Assembly: GCA_964458595.1 (NCBI GenBank)
Contig: CAYWJQ010000005.1
Span: forward strand, 6,834-70,833
Reading direction: 5' to 3'
DNA length: 64,000 nt
Source: an uncultured Thermoplasmata archaeon
Lineage (GTDB): Archaea > Thermoplasmatota > Thermoplasmata > Halarchaeoplasmatales > Halarchaeoplasmataceae
Shown: piece after piece, positions 9,875 to 21,000 of the stretch
Numbering within the stretch: position 1 is the stretch's first letter
Layout: every line of letters begins with the position of its first letter
Translations under genes and position numbers: made by a program
Notes under the pieces: model-generated
Told to the model about the DNA's origin: nothing
Databases searched by the model: none
Seen by the model: only the letters and a program-made list of their open reading frames with translations

Positions 9875-11830
9875 TTATTCTTCTTCCTCTTCTTCGTCCT
9901 CGTCTACCACTTCGTAGTCCGCATCAACGTATTCCTCGTCATCCTGTCCGTTATTTGCGCCCTGGGAAGCGGATGCTCCTGCCGGTCCCGCAGTAGCGCC
10001 CGCGGGTCCAGCTCCAGTTCCAGCTCCGGCTCCGGCGCCTTGTGCTCCTTGCGCGGCTCCCGGTCCTGCTCCTTGACCTGCAGCTCCCTGCTGGGACTGA
10101 TACATCTGCTGGCCTATCTGCTGTACCGTCTCGGAAAGCTCTTCCTTCTTCTGCTTTATCCTCTCGTAGTCCTCGTCATCTATGGCATCCTGAAGTTCGT
10201 CTATCTTGTCCTGGATCTCGTTCTTCACCGATTCATCTATCTGATCTTCCATCTCTTCGAGTGTTCTTTCGGTCGAATAAACCAGCTGCTGAGCTTCGTT
10301 CTTCGTCTGGATCCTCTCTTTCTTCTTCTCGTCTTCCTCGGCGTGCTTTTCAGCCTCCTCCTTCATCTGTTCTATCTCATCTTCAGATAGCTGGCTCGTC
10401 GCCTCGACGGTGATACTCTCTTCTTTTCCGGTACCTTGATCTTCGGCTGAAACGTTCAGGATTCCGTTCTCGTCAATCTGGAAAGTCACCTCGATCTTCG
10501 GTACTCCCTTCGGAGCAGGGGGTATATCGCTAAGTGTGAATCTTCCAAGACTGTGGTTATCCTGAGCCATAGCTCTTTCGCCCTGGACTACGTGGATATC
10601 TACAGTAGTTTGGTTGTCCGCCGCCGTTGTGAATACCTTGCTCTCTTCGGTCGGTATTGTAGTATTTCTGTCAATCAACGTCGTTGTCACGCCTCCCAAG
10701 GTCTCGACACCTAAGGATAGCGGAGTCACGTCTAAAAGGACGATATCATCTTCAACGTCTCCAGAGATAACACCGGCTTGTATAGCCGCACCTATAGATA
10801 CACATTCGTCCGGGTTGATCTTCATGTTCGGATCCTGATTGAAGTAATCTTTGACGAAATCCTGTACCGCAGGAAGTCTTGTCGAACCGCCCACAAGGAT
10901 CACTTCATCTATCTCATGTGGCTGCGTGTCGGTGTCATCCAGTGCTATATTCACCGGTTCCTTTGTCTTTTCCACTAGATCATTGGTCATGTTCTGGAAC
11001 TCTGCTCTAGTGATCTCTAGTTCGAGATGTTTCGGCCCGTCGTCGTCCGCGGTCAGATAAGGCAGATTTATCTCCGTTTTCTGTCTGCTGGAAAGTTCTT
11101 TCTTGGCCTTCTCCGAAGCCTCATAGATCCGCTGTAAAGCTTCTCTGTCGTCGCTGATGTCTATTCCCGTATCTTTCTTGAACTCTTCTACGCAGTGATC
11201 GACTATCCTCTGGGTCCAATCATCGCCGCCGAGATCAGTATTTCCGGAAGTGGCTAGAACCTCATAAACGCCGTCTCCGACTTCAAGAACGGAAACATCG
11301 AAAGTGCCTCCTCCGAGATCGTATACCAGTATCGTCTCAACGTTCTGCTTCTCGTTCATCTTGTAGGCCATCGAAGAAGCGGTCGGCTCGTTGAATACTC
11401 TTTCCACTTCGAAGCCTGCTATCTCTCCGGCGTTCTTAGTCGCTTCTCTCTGGGGCTCGTTGAAATAAGCCGGTACGGTGATCACCGCGCGATCCAACTC
11501 TTCTCCCATATAGTCCTCTGCATCTCTCTTCAATTTCTGAAGTATCATCGCCGAAATCTGTTCTGGAGTGTATTCGTCCCCGTCGATTTCAACCGTATAA
11601 TCAGTTCCCATCTTTCTCTTGATGGACTCGATAGTTCGATCGGGATTCTTAACCGCTTGTCTTTTCGCCATCTCTCCGACGAGCCGTTCACCGTCTTCTT
11701 TGAAAGCTACAACTGAAGGAGTGGTTCTTTCACCTTCAGAATTCGGGATTATAGTCGGTTCGCCGCCTTCCATTATCGCCATCGCTGAGTTCGTCGTTCC
11801 TAAATCGATTCCTAACACTTTTTCAGACAT
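9875..11830 (-). CDS. dnaK: Molecular chaperone DnaK (Hsp70)
   Basis: [19 protein letters not shown] and [10 protein letters not shown] motifs; Gly/Ala/Gln-rich linker and acidic tail. Confidence 0.98.
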   Translation of the reverse strand: MSEKVLGIDLGTTNSAMAIMEGGEPTIIPNSEGERTTPSVVAFKEDGERLVGEMAKRQAVKNPDRTIESIKRKMGTDYTVEIDGDEYTPEQISAMILQKLKRDAEDYMGEELDRAVITVPAYFNEPQREATKNAGEIAGFEVERVFNEPTASSMAYKMNEKQNVETILVYDLGGGTFDVSVLEVGDGVYEVLATSGNTDLGGDDWTQRIVDHCVEEFKKDTGIDISDDREALQRIYEASEKAKKELSSRQKTEINLPYLTADDDGPKHLELEITRAEFQNMTNDLVEKTKEPVNIALDDTDTQPHEIDEVILVGGSTRLPAVQDFVKDYFNQDPNMKINPDECVSIGAAIQAGVISGDVEDDIVLLDVTPLSLGVETLGGVTTTLIDRNTTIPTEESKVFTTAADNQTTVDIHVVQGERAMAQDNHSLGRFTLSDIPPAPKGVPKIEVTFQIDENGILNVSAEDQGTGKEESITVEATSQLSEDEIEQMKEEAEKHAEEDEKKKERIQTKNEAQQLVYSTERTLEEMEDQIDESVKNEIQDKIDELQDAIDDEDYERIKQKKEELSETVQQIGQQMYQSQQGAAGQGAGPGAAQGAQGAGAGAGTGAGPAGATAGPAGASASQGANNGQDDEEYVDADYEVVDEDEEEEEE

Positions 11831-11866
11831 ATTAACACCTTTGGATATTCATTTCTTATTCATTTT

Positions 11867-12460
11867 TTATTTTGCAACTTTAACTCTCGAAGGTCTTATG
11901 ACCTTGTCGTTGAGCTTATAACCTTTCTGAAATTCTTCTACGATCTTATCTTTTTCTACATCTTCTTTCTCGACCGATTGTACGCACTCATGGTACATCG
12001 GGTCGAAAGTCTCATCTTCGGCTTCGATCTCTTCAAGGCCGTGGTCTTTCAGAGATTTAAAGAATTTTTTGTATATCATCTCGATACCATCCTTCTCCAA
12101 TTCCTCTTCATCTAGAGCTCTCTCGAAATCATCGACTATCTCTATCAGATCGGTCATTAGGTCCTCCGTAGCGAGCTTCCTGATCCTCTTTTTCTCCTTG
12201 ACCATCCTTTTCTTGTAGTTGTCGAAATCGGCCATCACTTTTTTGAGCTGTGATTCCAGTTCCTCTACTTCTTCCTGGAGTTCTTCTCTAGTGGGTTCCT
12301 GATCCTCATCGGTTTCTTCCTCCTCAGACTCTTCCTTTTTCTCTTCTTCGCCCTCTAGTTCTTCTTGTTCTTCCTCTTCTATATCATCTTCCTCACAGGA
12401 TTCCACGTTTTCTTCGGGTTCCAATTTGTCTCCGGTAGTCTCTGCAGCTTCTTCAGACAT
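11867..12460 (-). CDS. grpE: Nucleotide exchange factor GrpE
   Basis: [16 protein letters not shown] and [16 protein letters not shown] motifs; directly upstream of dnaK. Confidence 0.95.
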   Translation of the reverse strand: MSEEAAETTGDKLEPEENVESCEEDDIEEEEQEELEGEEEKKEESEEEETDEDQEPTREELQEEVEELESQLKKVMADFDNYKKRMVKEKKRIRKLATEDLMTDLIEIVDDFERALDEEELEKDGIEMIYKKFFKSLKDHGLEEIEAEDETFDPMYHECVQSVEKEDVEKDKIVEEFQKGYKLNDKVIRPSRVKVAK

Positions 12461-12472
12461 CGTATAAACCTT

Positions 12473-13063
12473 TTATTCGATATCGATACTTTCTCCCATC
12501 TCTTCAGTTATCTTTTCGAGCTCTACTTCAAGGACACCGTTATTGTAGGACGCCTCCGCTCTCTTGGGATCCACTTTAGAGGGAAGTTCTATCCTTTTCT
12601 TGTATCTCCTTTTGCCCTCGACGGAAACGATCAGTATATCGTCCTTCACGTTGAGATTGATATCCTCCTTCTGTACACCCGGGATATCGACAGTCACTAG
12701 CACTTTTTCTCCCGTATCCTGGACATCGGTCAAAGGAGTCCACTCCGATTTCTCCTCGGTCTCGTCCTTCTCTCGGAAGTAATCTTTAGCGTTACCGAAT
12801 TCGTCTATCTTCGGTTCACCGTCTGGTCCCTGCCTTATGGAAAATCCATAAACGAACGGATCCTTACTAGCTTTCTTTCTGCCCTGTGACATCATCCTTT
12901 CGGCCATCTTTCTCATCCTTTCGAATTCCTTATCGAGATCTGAAAAGCCGAACATGTCCGAGAAGCCGAACAGATCACCGAATGGGTCTCTTCTTCTGCG
13001 ATCTTTATTATCTTCATCCTTTTCATCATCTTTGTCGTCTCTATAATTCATAATCATCACCAT
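12473..13063 (-). CDS. hsp20: Archaeal small heat shock protein Hsp20
   Basis: 'PFVYGFSIRQGPDGEPKIDEFGN' and alpha-crystallin 'ASYNNGVLEV' motifs. Confidence 0.92.
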   Translation of the reverse strand: MVMIMNYRDDKDDEKDEDNKDRRRRDPFGDLFGFSDMFGFSDLDKEFERMRKMAERMMSQGRKKASKDPFVYGFSIRQGPDGEPKIDEFGNAKDYFREKDETEEKSEWTPLTDVQDTGEKVLVTVDIPGVQKEDINLNVKDDILIVSVEGKRRYKKRIELPSKVDPKRAEASYNNGVLEVELEKITEEMGESIDIE

Positions 13064-13707
13064 ATATCAGTATTTTTTTTCATTTCTTTTATTATATTTT
13101 CTATCTCGTCTCTTCTCACATTGAAATATTTTGCTATCTCCTCGGGATCCGTATTTCCCGAGTCAAGCACGTAATAGAGTATCTTTCTTTTCTCATAGCT
13201 ATCAAAGTTTTCATGTATGTACCTATACGCTTCTGAAAGGGCCTCTTCTTTCAACTTTAACAAATATTTTCTTTCCTTTTCGAGGCGTTTTATCTTCTTT
13301 TCTATATTTTGTATAACTTTTCTATGCCCTTCAAGATAACTTCCTTCTATTATCCCTTCCTTCAATTTTTCTTCGATCTCGTCATAATTCTCGATATCTT
13401 CATCATCCAACCCTTCGACCTCGGTGGTGAAAAGTTGTGGCCCCAGATCGATCCTCAGGGAGAACTCCTTGTTAAGAGAATATTTTTTGGTAGGAGGACC
13501 TCCTTTTTCGCTCTCACATCTCTTAGAGATGACCAGCCCTTTCTCTTCCAACCTGTTCAGATGCTTAGAAATCGACTGCTGACTGGTATCTAGATACCTA
13601 GATATCGCCAACGGGTAATTTTCCTCCTTACTCAACAATTCAAGTATCTTCCTTCTTGTTTGATTCTGAAGGAGTTGTATCATCTCATCGAATTTTTTCT
13701 TTTCCAT
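13057..13707 (-). CDS. ArsR-type wHTH transcriptional regulator with coiled coil (putative heat-shock regulator)
   Basis: 'LQNQTRRKILELL..YPLAISRYLDTSQQSISKHLNRLEEKGLV' HTH; sits within the chaperone cluster. Confidence 0.85.
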   Translation of the reverse strand: MEKKKFDEMIQLLQNQTRRKILELLSKEENYPLAISRYLDTSQQSISKHLNRLEEKGLVISKRCESEKGGPPTKKYSLNKEFSLRIDLGPQLFTTEVEGLDDEDIENYDEIEEKLKEGIIEGSYLEGHRKVIQNIEKKIKRLEKERKYLLKLKEEALSEAYRYIHENFDSYEKRKILYYVLDSGNTDPEEIAKYFNVRRDEIENIIKEMKKNTDIW

Positions 13708-13761
13708 CTATCTCACTTCAATTATAAATCAATAAATTGGAAAGGAAGGAAAGAGATCTTT

Positions 13762-14268
13762 TCAATTGATCTCTATCTTCTTGCCTTTCTTGGACTCCTC
13801 TTTCTTCGGAAGATCGACCGTGAGGATCCCTTGGTCCAAAGAGGCTCTAACGTCTTCCTGATCGACACCTTCAGGCACTGGCAGTTTCCTGTAGAATGAT
13901 CTGTATCCTCTTTCTTTTCTCAGGAAATCTTCGCCTTCTTCCTCGACTTCTTCCTTACTTTCGCCTTGTATCACCAAACCGTCGTCTCTGAGTTCTATCT
14001 CCAAGTCTTCTTTGTCGATACCCGGTATCTCGGCTTCTATCTGATACTTGTCGCCCAGGTCTCTCATGTCTATAGCTGGAGTTCTCGAAGTGCTTCGTCC
14101 GCTGATACCCATTCGAGAGGGTCTTCCCAGCATCCTGTCAAGTGTCCTGTCCAAGTCCTCGAAGATACTGTTCATCTCTTGGAAAGGACTGAAAGATCGG
14201 CTTTCACGGCGTTCGGCTATACCTCTTTCTTCACCTTCCCTTTCTTCTTCATCTTTTTTCTCAGCCAT
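13762..14268 (-). CDS. hsp20: Hsp20/alpha-crystallin family small heat shock protein
   Basis: 'EAEIPGIDKEDLEI', 'ERGYRSFYRKLPVP' and 'ASLDQGILTVDLPK'; GAGGTG SD upstream of ATG 14268. Confidence 0.92.
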   Translation of the reverse strand: MAEKKDEEEREGEERGIAERRESRSFSPFQEMNSIFEDLDRTLDRMLGRPSRMGISGRSTSRTPAIDMRDLGDKYQIEAEIPGIDKEDLEIELRDDGLVIQGESKEEVEEEGEDFLRKERGYRSFYRKLPVPEGVDQEDVRASLDQGILTVDLPKKEESKKGKKIEIN

Positions 14269-14286
14269 TTTTACCACCTCGACTTA

Positions 14287-14301
14287 ACAACTCTTTGTTG
14301 T
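14287..14301. promoter_or_regulatory. Inverted repeat ACAAC-N5-GTTGT; candidate heat-shock repressor operator
   Basis: ACAAC at 14287-14291, TCTTT spacer, GTTGT at 14297-14301; lies between a minus-strand TTTAAA box (~14336-14341) and the hsp20 start. Confidence 0.5.
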
Positions 14302-14461
14302 AATGTCTTCATTTAATAGTTAAGCAAAACTGATATTTAAAAATTTTGATGGTTGGCGCTTGCTATTTTCATAAATCTTGTCAAAATATCTCTAAAATGT
14401 TCATTTATGGGCACTCAACTTTTTTATAACACTGTTTTAATTAGAATGCAGGGACCGAAAG

Positions 14462-15406
14462 ATGGAAGAACGCGAAGATAAAACTTTCGAGGAAAGGGTA
14501 AAAGACGACTTCAACAGGATCAGTAAAGACGTCTACCATGAAATAGGATATCGTGAACATCATGAGATCCCCAAGCCTTCGTTGAAGAATATCAGGAGAG
14601 CTATCTCTCTAGGAAGGGAGATACTGTTCCCCGGTTACCACTCCGAATGGAAATTAGAATCTAAGATGAACGAAGACCTGAAGGAGAATCTACTCGATTT
14701 TTCTAAGATATTGAAATCCGAAGTGGCGACTTCACTGTGCTTCGACTGTGATCACGTGGATAAGCGTAGTTGCAGTAAATGCGAGGAGGATGCCGAAGAT
14801 ATAGTCCATCATCTCGTGAAGAAGATCGATCAACTCAGGAACGAACTTTTGAAAGACGTTAAAGCGATATATGAATACGATCCCGCCGCGAAGAGCATAG
14901 ACGAAGTGATATTATCATATCCGGCGATCAAAGCCATCACCAGCTACAGGCTGGCTCACGTACTTTACGAAAAGGATGTTCCTTTAGTCCCCAGGATCAT
15001 CACGGAGGTCGCGCATTCTGAAACGGGTATAGATATACATCCAGGGGCTGAAATTGGCGAGCATTTCTTTATAGACCACGGGACAGGAGTCGTCATAGGA
15101 GAGACCAGCAAAATAGGAGATAACGTTAAGATCTACCAGGGGGTGACTCTCGGTGCTAAGAGCTTCCCGTTGAGGAAAGACGGAACTCCGGTCAAAGGAG
15201 TCCCGCGCCATCCCATAATCGAGGATGACGTCACGATCTATGCTCACGCTACTGTCCTCGGGAGGATAAAAGTGGGCGAAAATTCTACCATCGGGAGCAA
15301 TGTGACTCTACTGAAAGACGTTACTCCCGGTTCTAGGATAATGCAAAAATTTGACAGAAATGAAAACCTGTTTCAGGAGGTATCTAAAAATGAAAAAGAT
15401 ATATGA
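14462..15406 (+). CDS. cysE: Serine O-acetyltransferase (bacterial-type)
   Basis: 'DPAA..DEVILSYP', 'GIDIHPGAEIG', 'FFIDHGTGVVIGET' and 'RHP' hexapeptide-repeat motifs. Confidence 0.93.
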   Translation: MEEREDKTFEERVKDDFNRISKDVYHEIGYREHHEIPKPSLKNIRRAISLGREILFPGYHSEWKLESKMNEDLKENLLDFSKILKSEVATSLCFDCDHVDKRSCSKCEEDAEDIVHHLVKKIDQLRNELLKDVKAIYEYDPAAKSIDEVILSYPAIKAITSYRLAHVLYEKDVPLVPRIITEVAHSETGIDIHPGAEIGEHFFIDHGTGVVIGETSKIGDNVKIYQGVTLGAKSFPLRKDGTPVKGVPRHPIIEDDVTIYAHATVLGRIKVGENSTIGSNVTLLKDVTPGSRIMQKFDRNENLFQEVSKNEKDI

Positions 15407-16328
15407 AGATATGACCGAACTCGTAGGAGAAACTCCACTCGTCCATCTGAACGATATAAGTGAAGACCTTGAAGGAAACTTGATAGCCAAGCTCGAATCT
15501 TTCAATCCGATGGCGAGCGTGAAGGATAGGATCGCACTCTCGATGATAGAGAGAGCCGAAGAGAAGGGCGAATTGGGAGAAGGAAAAACAATCGTGGAAC
15601 CCACAAGCGGGAATACAGGGATCGGCCTTTCATTTATTTCGGCCGTGAAAGATTACGATCTTATCCTTACGATGCCCGAAAATATGAGTGACGAGAGGAA
15701 GAAGATAATGAGCATATTCGGTCCAAAATTGATTTTGACGGACGAAGAGGGTGGTATGAGCGGCGCGGTCGAGAGAGCAAAAGAACTAGTAGAAAATAAC
15801 GATGATTACATCATGCTCAGTCAGTTCGAGAACCCAGCAAATCCCGCGGCTCATAGAGAGAACACGGCCGAAGAGATATGGGATGCTACAGAAGGAGAAA
15901 TAGATTGTTTTGTGGCAGGCATAGGAACAGGCGGAACGATCACCGGCGTAGGTGAGAATCTGAAGGAAAGAGATGAAAATATCGAGATAATAGGTGTAGA
16001 ACCTTCCGGATCTCCGGTTCTAACCGAGGGAAAAAGCGGTTCCCATAAAATCCAAGGGATCGGAGCAGGTTTCGTTCCGGATATCCTTAATAGGGACGTG
16101 ATCGATGAAATATTGACTGTAGAAGATGAACAGGCTTTCAAAACGACTAGAGAAATGGCTAGACGAGAAGGTATCTTGGCCGGGATATCGTGCGGTGCCG
16201 CGCTATACGGGGCTAAAGAAGTAGCCGATAGGGCAGAAAACAAAGATAAAAACATAATCGTAATCTTACCCGACACCGGGGAGAGGTATCTCTCTACCGA
16301 ACTCTATGAAGGATTGGACTGGGAATAA
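15390..16328 (+). CDS. cysK: Cysteine synthase A (O-acetylserine sulfhydrylase)
   Basis: KLESFNPMASVKDR (PLP lysine), PTSGNTG, GIGTGGT and DTGERYLS motifs; AGGAGG SD at 15375-15380. Confidence 0.95.
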   Translation: MKKIYEDMTELVGETPLVHLNDISEDLEGNLIAKLESFNPMASVKDRIALSMIERAEEKGELGEGKTIVEPTSGNTGIGLSFISAVKDYDLILTMPENMSDERKKIMSIFGPKLILTDEEGGMSGAVERAKELVENNDDYIMLSQFENPANPAAHRENTAEEIWDATEGEIDCFVAGIGTGGTITGVGENLKERDENIEIIGVEPSGSPVLTEGKSGSHKIQGIGAGFVPDILNRDVIDEILTVEDEQAFKTTREMARREGILAGISCGAALYGAKEVADRAENKDKNIIVILPDTGERYLSTELYEGLDWE

Positions 16329-16386
16329 CGGAAAAACCAAATTTACGTTTTATTTAAAAATTAATAATCAGAGAAGATAAAGGGTT

Positions 16387-17820
16387 TTATTCCTCTTTCC
16401 GCATCTTGTAACTCAGGATGGAATCCCTGATCGCTTTGGTTTCATCTACCCGAGAAACGGCGGCATTATGGGGAGCGTCACCGATCAATTCTTCGTCCTC
16501 CTCCATTATAGAAGCGACCGCATCGGCGAAACCGTCGAGAGTCTGTTTGGTTTCCGTTTCCGTAGGTTCTATCATCAGCGCTTCGTCGACCAAGTGGGGG
16601 AAATATATCGTCGGAGCGTGGTAACCATAATCGAGCAACCTCTTAGCGAGATCTGTGGTTTTCAAACCTTTGTCTTTCATCTTTTCTCCCGATAAAACGA
16701 ATTCATGTTTTCTCAAAGATCCATAAGGCAGGTCGAGATGTGGTTCAAGCTTCTCCTTCAAGTAATTGCTGTTGAGCACAGCTCTCTCTGAGGCCTCTTT
16801 CAGACCGTCTTTGCCTTTTTCTTTTATGTATGTATAAGCTCTTAACAGAACGAGCCAATTGCCGTAAAATCCCTTTACTCTGCCTATACTGTTCTCTAGA
16901 TCATAATCTAAATAATACTTATCATCGTCTTTCTCGACGATCGGCACGGGGAGGTAAGACGCCAGTTCTTCCTTAACTCCGACAGGTCCAGCACCGGGTC
17001 CGCCTCCGCCGTGAGGCGTGCTGAAAGTCTTGTGAAGGTTGAAGTGCATTATGTCGAAATCCATGCATCCGGGATCGGTCTTGCCCATGATCGCGTTCAA
17101 ATTCGCACCGTCGTAGTAGAGTAGTCCTCCCGCCTCATGTATTATCTCGGCTATCCGGCAGGCGTCCTTCTCGAAAAGGCCCAGTGTGTTAGGATTGGTG
17201 ATCATGAAAGCGGCGGTGTCATCTCCAGCAGCTTCCTCTAAAGCTTCTAGATCTACGCAGCCGTCCTCCGAGGGGATCTCGACCAGATCGTAACCCATCA
17301 TCGAAACGCTAGCCGGATTCGTACCGTGGGCGGTATCCGGAAGGATCACCTCGTTTCTATCATCATCATTATTTTCATGGTATTGGTGAGCTATCATCAG
17401 ACCGGTTATTTCACCCTGAGCTCCCGCGGCTGGCTGAAGAGTGACGGAATCCATACCTCCGAGTTCAGCTAGTAGATCTTGCAGTTCGTACATTATTTGA
17501 AGGGTGCCCTGAGAGAACTCTTCAGGTTGGTTCGGGTGTAGCGCAGCGGCTTCAGAAAGTGAAGCCACTTTCTCAGTGTATTTTGGATTGTATTTCATCG
17601 TGCAGGAACCTAGAGGGTAAAAACCGGTATCTATCCCGTAATTCATCTGTGACAGTCGGTTGAAATGTCTAACTATCTCGTGCTTGGGTAGATCGGGTAT
17701 CTCCGGAGCTTTCTTTCTAGCTATTTCGTCTGGCAGAGGATTGTCTTCTACTTCCCTCTCTTTTCCTCGCTCTATCAATAGCTCCTCGTCGTATCGAGCT
17801 TGAGAATATTTCGGTTTCAT
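16387..17820 (-). CDS. gcvPB: Glycine dehydrogenase (decarboxylating) subunit 2
   Basis: YPLGSCTMKYNP and HFNLHKTFSTPHGGGGPG motifs. Confidence 0.96.
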   Translation of the reverse strand: MKPKYSQARYDEELLIERGKEREVEDNPLPDEIARKKAPEIPDLPKHEIVRHFNRLSQMNYGIDTGFYPLGSCTMKYNPKYTEKVASLSEAAALHPNQPEEFSQGTLQIMYELQDLLAELGGMDSVTLQPAAGAQGEITGLMIAHQYHENNDDDRNEVILPDTAHGTNPASVSMMGYDLVEIPSEDGCVDLEALEEAAGDDTAAFMITNPNTLGLFEKDACRIAEIIHEAGGLLYYDGANLNAIMGKTDPGCMDFDIMHFNLHKTFSTPHGGGGPGAGPVGVKEELASYLPVPIVEKDDDKYYLDYDLENSIGRVKGFYGNWLVLLRAYTYIKEKGKDGLKEASERAVLNSNYLKEKLEPHLDLPYGSLRKHEFVLSGEKMKDKGLKTTDLAKRLLDYGYHAPTIYFPHLVDEALMIEPTETETKQTLDGFADAVASIMEEDEELIGDAPHNAAVSRVDETKAIRDSILSYKMRKEE

Positions 17821-19157
17821 TCTGCCACCTCCTCTAAAGTATTGACTAACTTTTCGATATCCTTATCTGAGTTCATCTCCGTTACCGCGGTGAGAAGAAC
17901 ACTCGGCAGAGATTCGAATTTTTGCTTGTTATCTAGTGCTATTCCAGGTAGAAGTTCATCTTCTTTAGATCTATCAACTATTTTTTTGGAATCTTTAGGA
18001 GTTTTCACGGTGAATTCGTTGAAAAATTCACCGTCGAAATATGGTGCTTCGAATCCTTCGATATTGTTTATCTTCTCGGCGGTCTTGTGGGCTTTTCTGT
18101 AATTTTCCTTAGCGATCTCTTCTATTCCTTTTCCACCTCTTACATAGGCGTAAATTGTCGAAGCCAACGCCATCAACGATTGGTTGGTGCAGATATTCGA
18201 TGTAGCTCTCTCTCTTCTGATGTGCTGCTCCCTGGTCTGTAATGTCATGCAGTAAGCTCTTCTCTCGCCGGAATCCTCGGTTTCCCCTATTATTCTGCCG
18301 GGCATCTTCCTGATATGATCCTCGTGAGCTGCGAAGATGCCGACCGTAGGGCCTCCAAAGGAGGGATGGATGCCGAAGGACTGGCTTTCTCCTACCACTA
18401 TATCCGCACCCCACTGCGAAGGAGGTTTCATCAGCGATAGAGCTAGTGGGTTGGTGCCGGCGACGAGAGCGCAGTCGTTCTCCTGTTTGAGATCTTTGAA
18501 GAGGTCCAGATCTCCTTCAAGAGCACCGAAAACGTTGGGTGATTCGACGTAAAAACCGAACGTGTCTTCACCTATTTTGGATTTCAGATCCTCCTTATCT
18601 ATCAGACCGTTCTCATCATACTCTAAAGTCCTTATATCGATATCCTTCCCCCTCAGATAGTTTTCGAGAACGGGTTCCTTGTCCCAATGGATATTCTTCG
18701 GTATCAGAAATTCATCTCCTTTCCTCTTTATCCTAGCGGACATAAGGACCGCTTCGGCGAGAGCGGTAGGATAATCGTACATACTGGTGTTAACCGCCCC
18801 CAACCCGGTCAATTCCGCTATCAAGCTCTGATATTCGAAAAGAGCCTGAAGCATGCCCTGACTCACTTCAGCCTGATAAGGCGTGTAGGAAGTATAAAAC
18901 TCCGATTTGCCGATTATCTCTTCAACGGCGGCGGGGACGTAATGGTTGTAAATACCGCCTCCCAAAAAAGAGATCAATCCTTCAAGATCTTTGTTTTTAT
19001 TCAAACTTTCTTTTACCTCTGATAGTGTCTCCCTCTCACTTTTCCCCTCTGGTATTTCCGGTTCTGTCCTTATCGCTTCTGGGATATCGTCGAAAAGTTC
19101 CTCTACATCCTCGATACCCAAAAAATCCAACATCTCATCTTTTTCGGCCATCTGCAC
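17817..19157 (-). CDS. gcvPA: Glycine dehydrogenase (decarboxylating) subunit 1
   Basis: SEFYTSYTPYQAEVSQG and TREQHIRRERATSNICTN motifs. Confidence 0.96.
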   Translation of the reverse strand: MQMAEKDEMLDFLGIEDVEELFDDIPEAIRTEPEIPEGKSERETLSEVKESLNKNKDLEGLISFLGGGIYNHYVPAAVEEIIGKSEFYTSYTPYQAEVSQGMLQALFEYQSLIAELTGLGAVNTSMYDYPTALAEAVLMSARIKRKGDEFLIPKNIHWDKEPVLENYLRGKDIDIRTLEYDENGLIDKEDLKSKIGEDTFGFYVESPNVFGALEGDLDLFKDLKQENDCALVAGTNPLALSLMKPPSQWGADIVVGESQSFGIHPSFGGPTVGIFAAHEDHIRKMPGRIIGETEDSGERRAYCMTLQTREQHIRRERATSNICTNQSLMALASTIYAYVRGGKGIEEIAKENYRKAHKTAEKINNIEGFEAPYFDGEFFNEFTVKTPKDSKKIVDRSKEDELLPGIALDNKQKFESLPSVLLTAVTEMNSDKDIEKLVNTLEEVAE

Positions 19158-19307
19158 ACCGCCATTTGATAGAAGAGGTAGTAAAAAGATTTTTTTAAGT
19201 ATCTAGAGAAAACAAAATAAGTGGGAGAAAATCCTCAATCTCCTAATCAAAAACTATATATAGAACCTCAATTATCTGAGAGATACCTAAATTAAAGGTG
19301 AATTATC

Positions 19308-20984
19308 ATGATGGGAAATCAACCTGTCGTGCTTCTAAAAGAAGACACGGAACGAGAAAGTGGCAAAGACGCCCAAAAGAATAACATCGCTGCAGTTAAA
19401 GCTATTGCCGACGCTGTTCGAAGTACATTAGGTCCAAAAGGAATGGACAAGATGATGGTCGACAGTCTAGGCGATGTTGTGATAACGAACGACGGAGTTA
19501 CAATACTTGACGAAATAGATATAGAGCATCCCGCTGCAAAGATGGCCGTAGAGATGGCCGAAAGTCAGGACGATGAATGTGGGGATGGAACAACCACCGT
19601 AGTCGTGTTAGCGGGTGAGTTCTTGAAGTTAGCTGAGGATCTTATCGAACAGAATGTACATCCCAGTGTTATAGCTAAAGGATTCAGATCTGCTTCACAG
19701 AAAGCAAGAGAGATACTCGACGAGAACAAGATAGAGATAGATATAGATGACAAGGAAGAACTCAAAGAGATAGCCATGACCGCCATGACGGGGAAAACTA
19801 TAGAAGGAGAAAGAGAAAGGCTCGCAGATTTAGCTGTTGAAGCCGTTACAAAAGTAGCGGAAGACGAGAGCGGAGAGTATACAGTTGACATAGACAACAT
19901 AAAAGTAGAAAAGAACGCTGGAGCTAGCGTCGAACAGACCGAATTGATAAACGGTCTTCTGCTCGATAAAGAAAGACCGCATGCGAACATGCCGTCTGAA
20001 GTCGATGACGCGAACATCGCTCTACTCAACTCCGCTTTAGAGATAAAGGAAACCGAAGTCGACGCGGAGATAGAGATAACCGATCCTGATCAGCTCGAAG
20101 ATTTCGTAAATCAAGAGGAAGAGAGCATAAAGGAAATGGTCGAAAAAGTGAAAAAAGCTGGAGCGAACGTACTTATGTGCCAGAAAGGCATAGACGATCT
20201 CGCTCAGCATTACCTTTCAAAGGAAGATATCCTCGCTATCAGAAGAGTCAAAAAGTCCGATATGGAGAAACTGGCCAAAGCTACCGGAGGAAACGTTGTT
20301 ACTAATCTAGATGACCTCACTGAAGAAGACCTAGGTAAAGCCGAGTCAGTCGGAGAAAAGATGGTCGGAGATAGTCATATGACCTTCGTAGAGAACGGCG
20401 AGAAAGGAAAAGCTGTATCTCTACTGCTCAGAGGAGGAACCGAACACGTAGTTGACGAACTCGAAAGAGCTGTACACGACGCATTGAAAGTTGTCGGAAT
20501 CGCCATCGAGGACGAAGCTATTCTACCCGGCGGCGGAGCAGTCGAGATCGAACTGAGCAACAGGCTAAAAAGCTACGCGGGTAAGATCGAAGGTAGAGAA
20601 CAGCTCGCTGTTGAGTCCTTCGCGGACGCCTTAGATGTCATCCCGAGAACTCTCGCCGAGAACGGGGGAATCGACGGCATAGACGTATTGATGGAACTCA
20701 ACAACGCCCACGAAAAAGAAGACCTCAAGAATCACGGAATAGAGATCGTGAGCGGAGACGTTTCAGACATGACAGAAGCGAAAGTCGTCGAACCGCTGAG
20801 AGTGAAAAGTCAAGCCCTAGAAGCCGCTACTGAAGTGGCCAACATGATCCTTAGGATCGACGATGTCATCGCCTCGAAAGGCGGCGATGAAGAAGGCGGA
20901 GGCCCACCTGCCGGAGGACCCGGCGGAGCCGGTGGAATGCCCGGCGGAATGGGCGGCGGAATGCCCCCGATGGGCGGAATGTAA
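19308..20984 (+). CDS. ths: Thermosome (group II chaperonin) subunit
   Basis: [11 protein letters not shown] and GDGTTT motifs; C-terminal GGM repeats. Confidence 0.97.
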   Translation: MMGNQPVVLLKEDTERESGKDAQKNNIAAVKAIADAVRSTLGPKGMDKMMVDSLGDVVITNDGVTILDEIDIEHPAAKMAVEMAESQDDECGDGTTTVVVLAGEFLKLAEDLIEQNVHPSVIAKGFRSASQKAREILDENKIEIDIDDKEELKEIAMTAMTGKTIEGERERLADLAVEAVTKVAEDESGEYTVDIDNIKVEKNAGASVEQTELINGLLLDKERPHANMPSEVDDANIALLNSALEIKETEVDAEIEITDPDQLEDFVNQEEESIKEMVEKVKKAGANVLMCQKGIDDLAQHYLSKEDILAIRRVKKSDMEKLAKATGGNVVTNLDDLTEEDLGKAESVGEKMVGDSHMTFVENGEKGKAVSLLLRGGTEHVVDELERAVHDALKVVGIAIEDEAILPGGGAVEIELSNRLKSYAGKIEGREQLAVESFADALDVIPRTLAENGGIDGIDVLMELNNAHEKEDLKNHGIEIVSGDVSDMTEAKVVEPLRVKSQALEAATEVANMILRIDDVIASKGGDEEGGGPPAGGPGGAGGMPGGMGGGMPPMGGM

Positions 20985-21000
20985 ATAAACGCCTAAAACC

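Noticed and set aside
10040-10413. Two overlapping plus-strand ORFs and a GC-rich repeat-like stretch in dnaK
   Set aside because: Antisense shadows. The GC-rich part encodes the Gly/Ala linker of DnaK, a known low-complexity tail.
20880-20984. GC-rich GGCGGA-type repeats
   Set aside because: They encode the standard chaperonin GGM tail and are not an independent repeat element.
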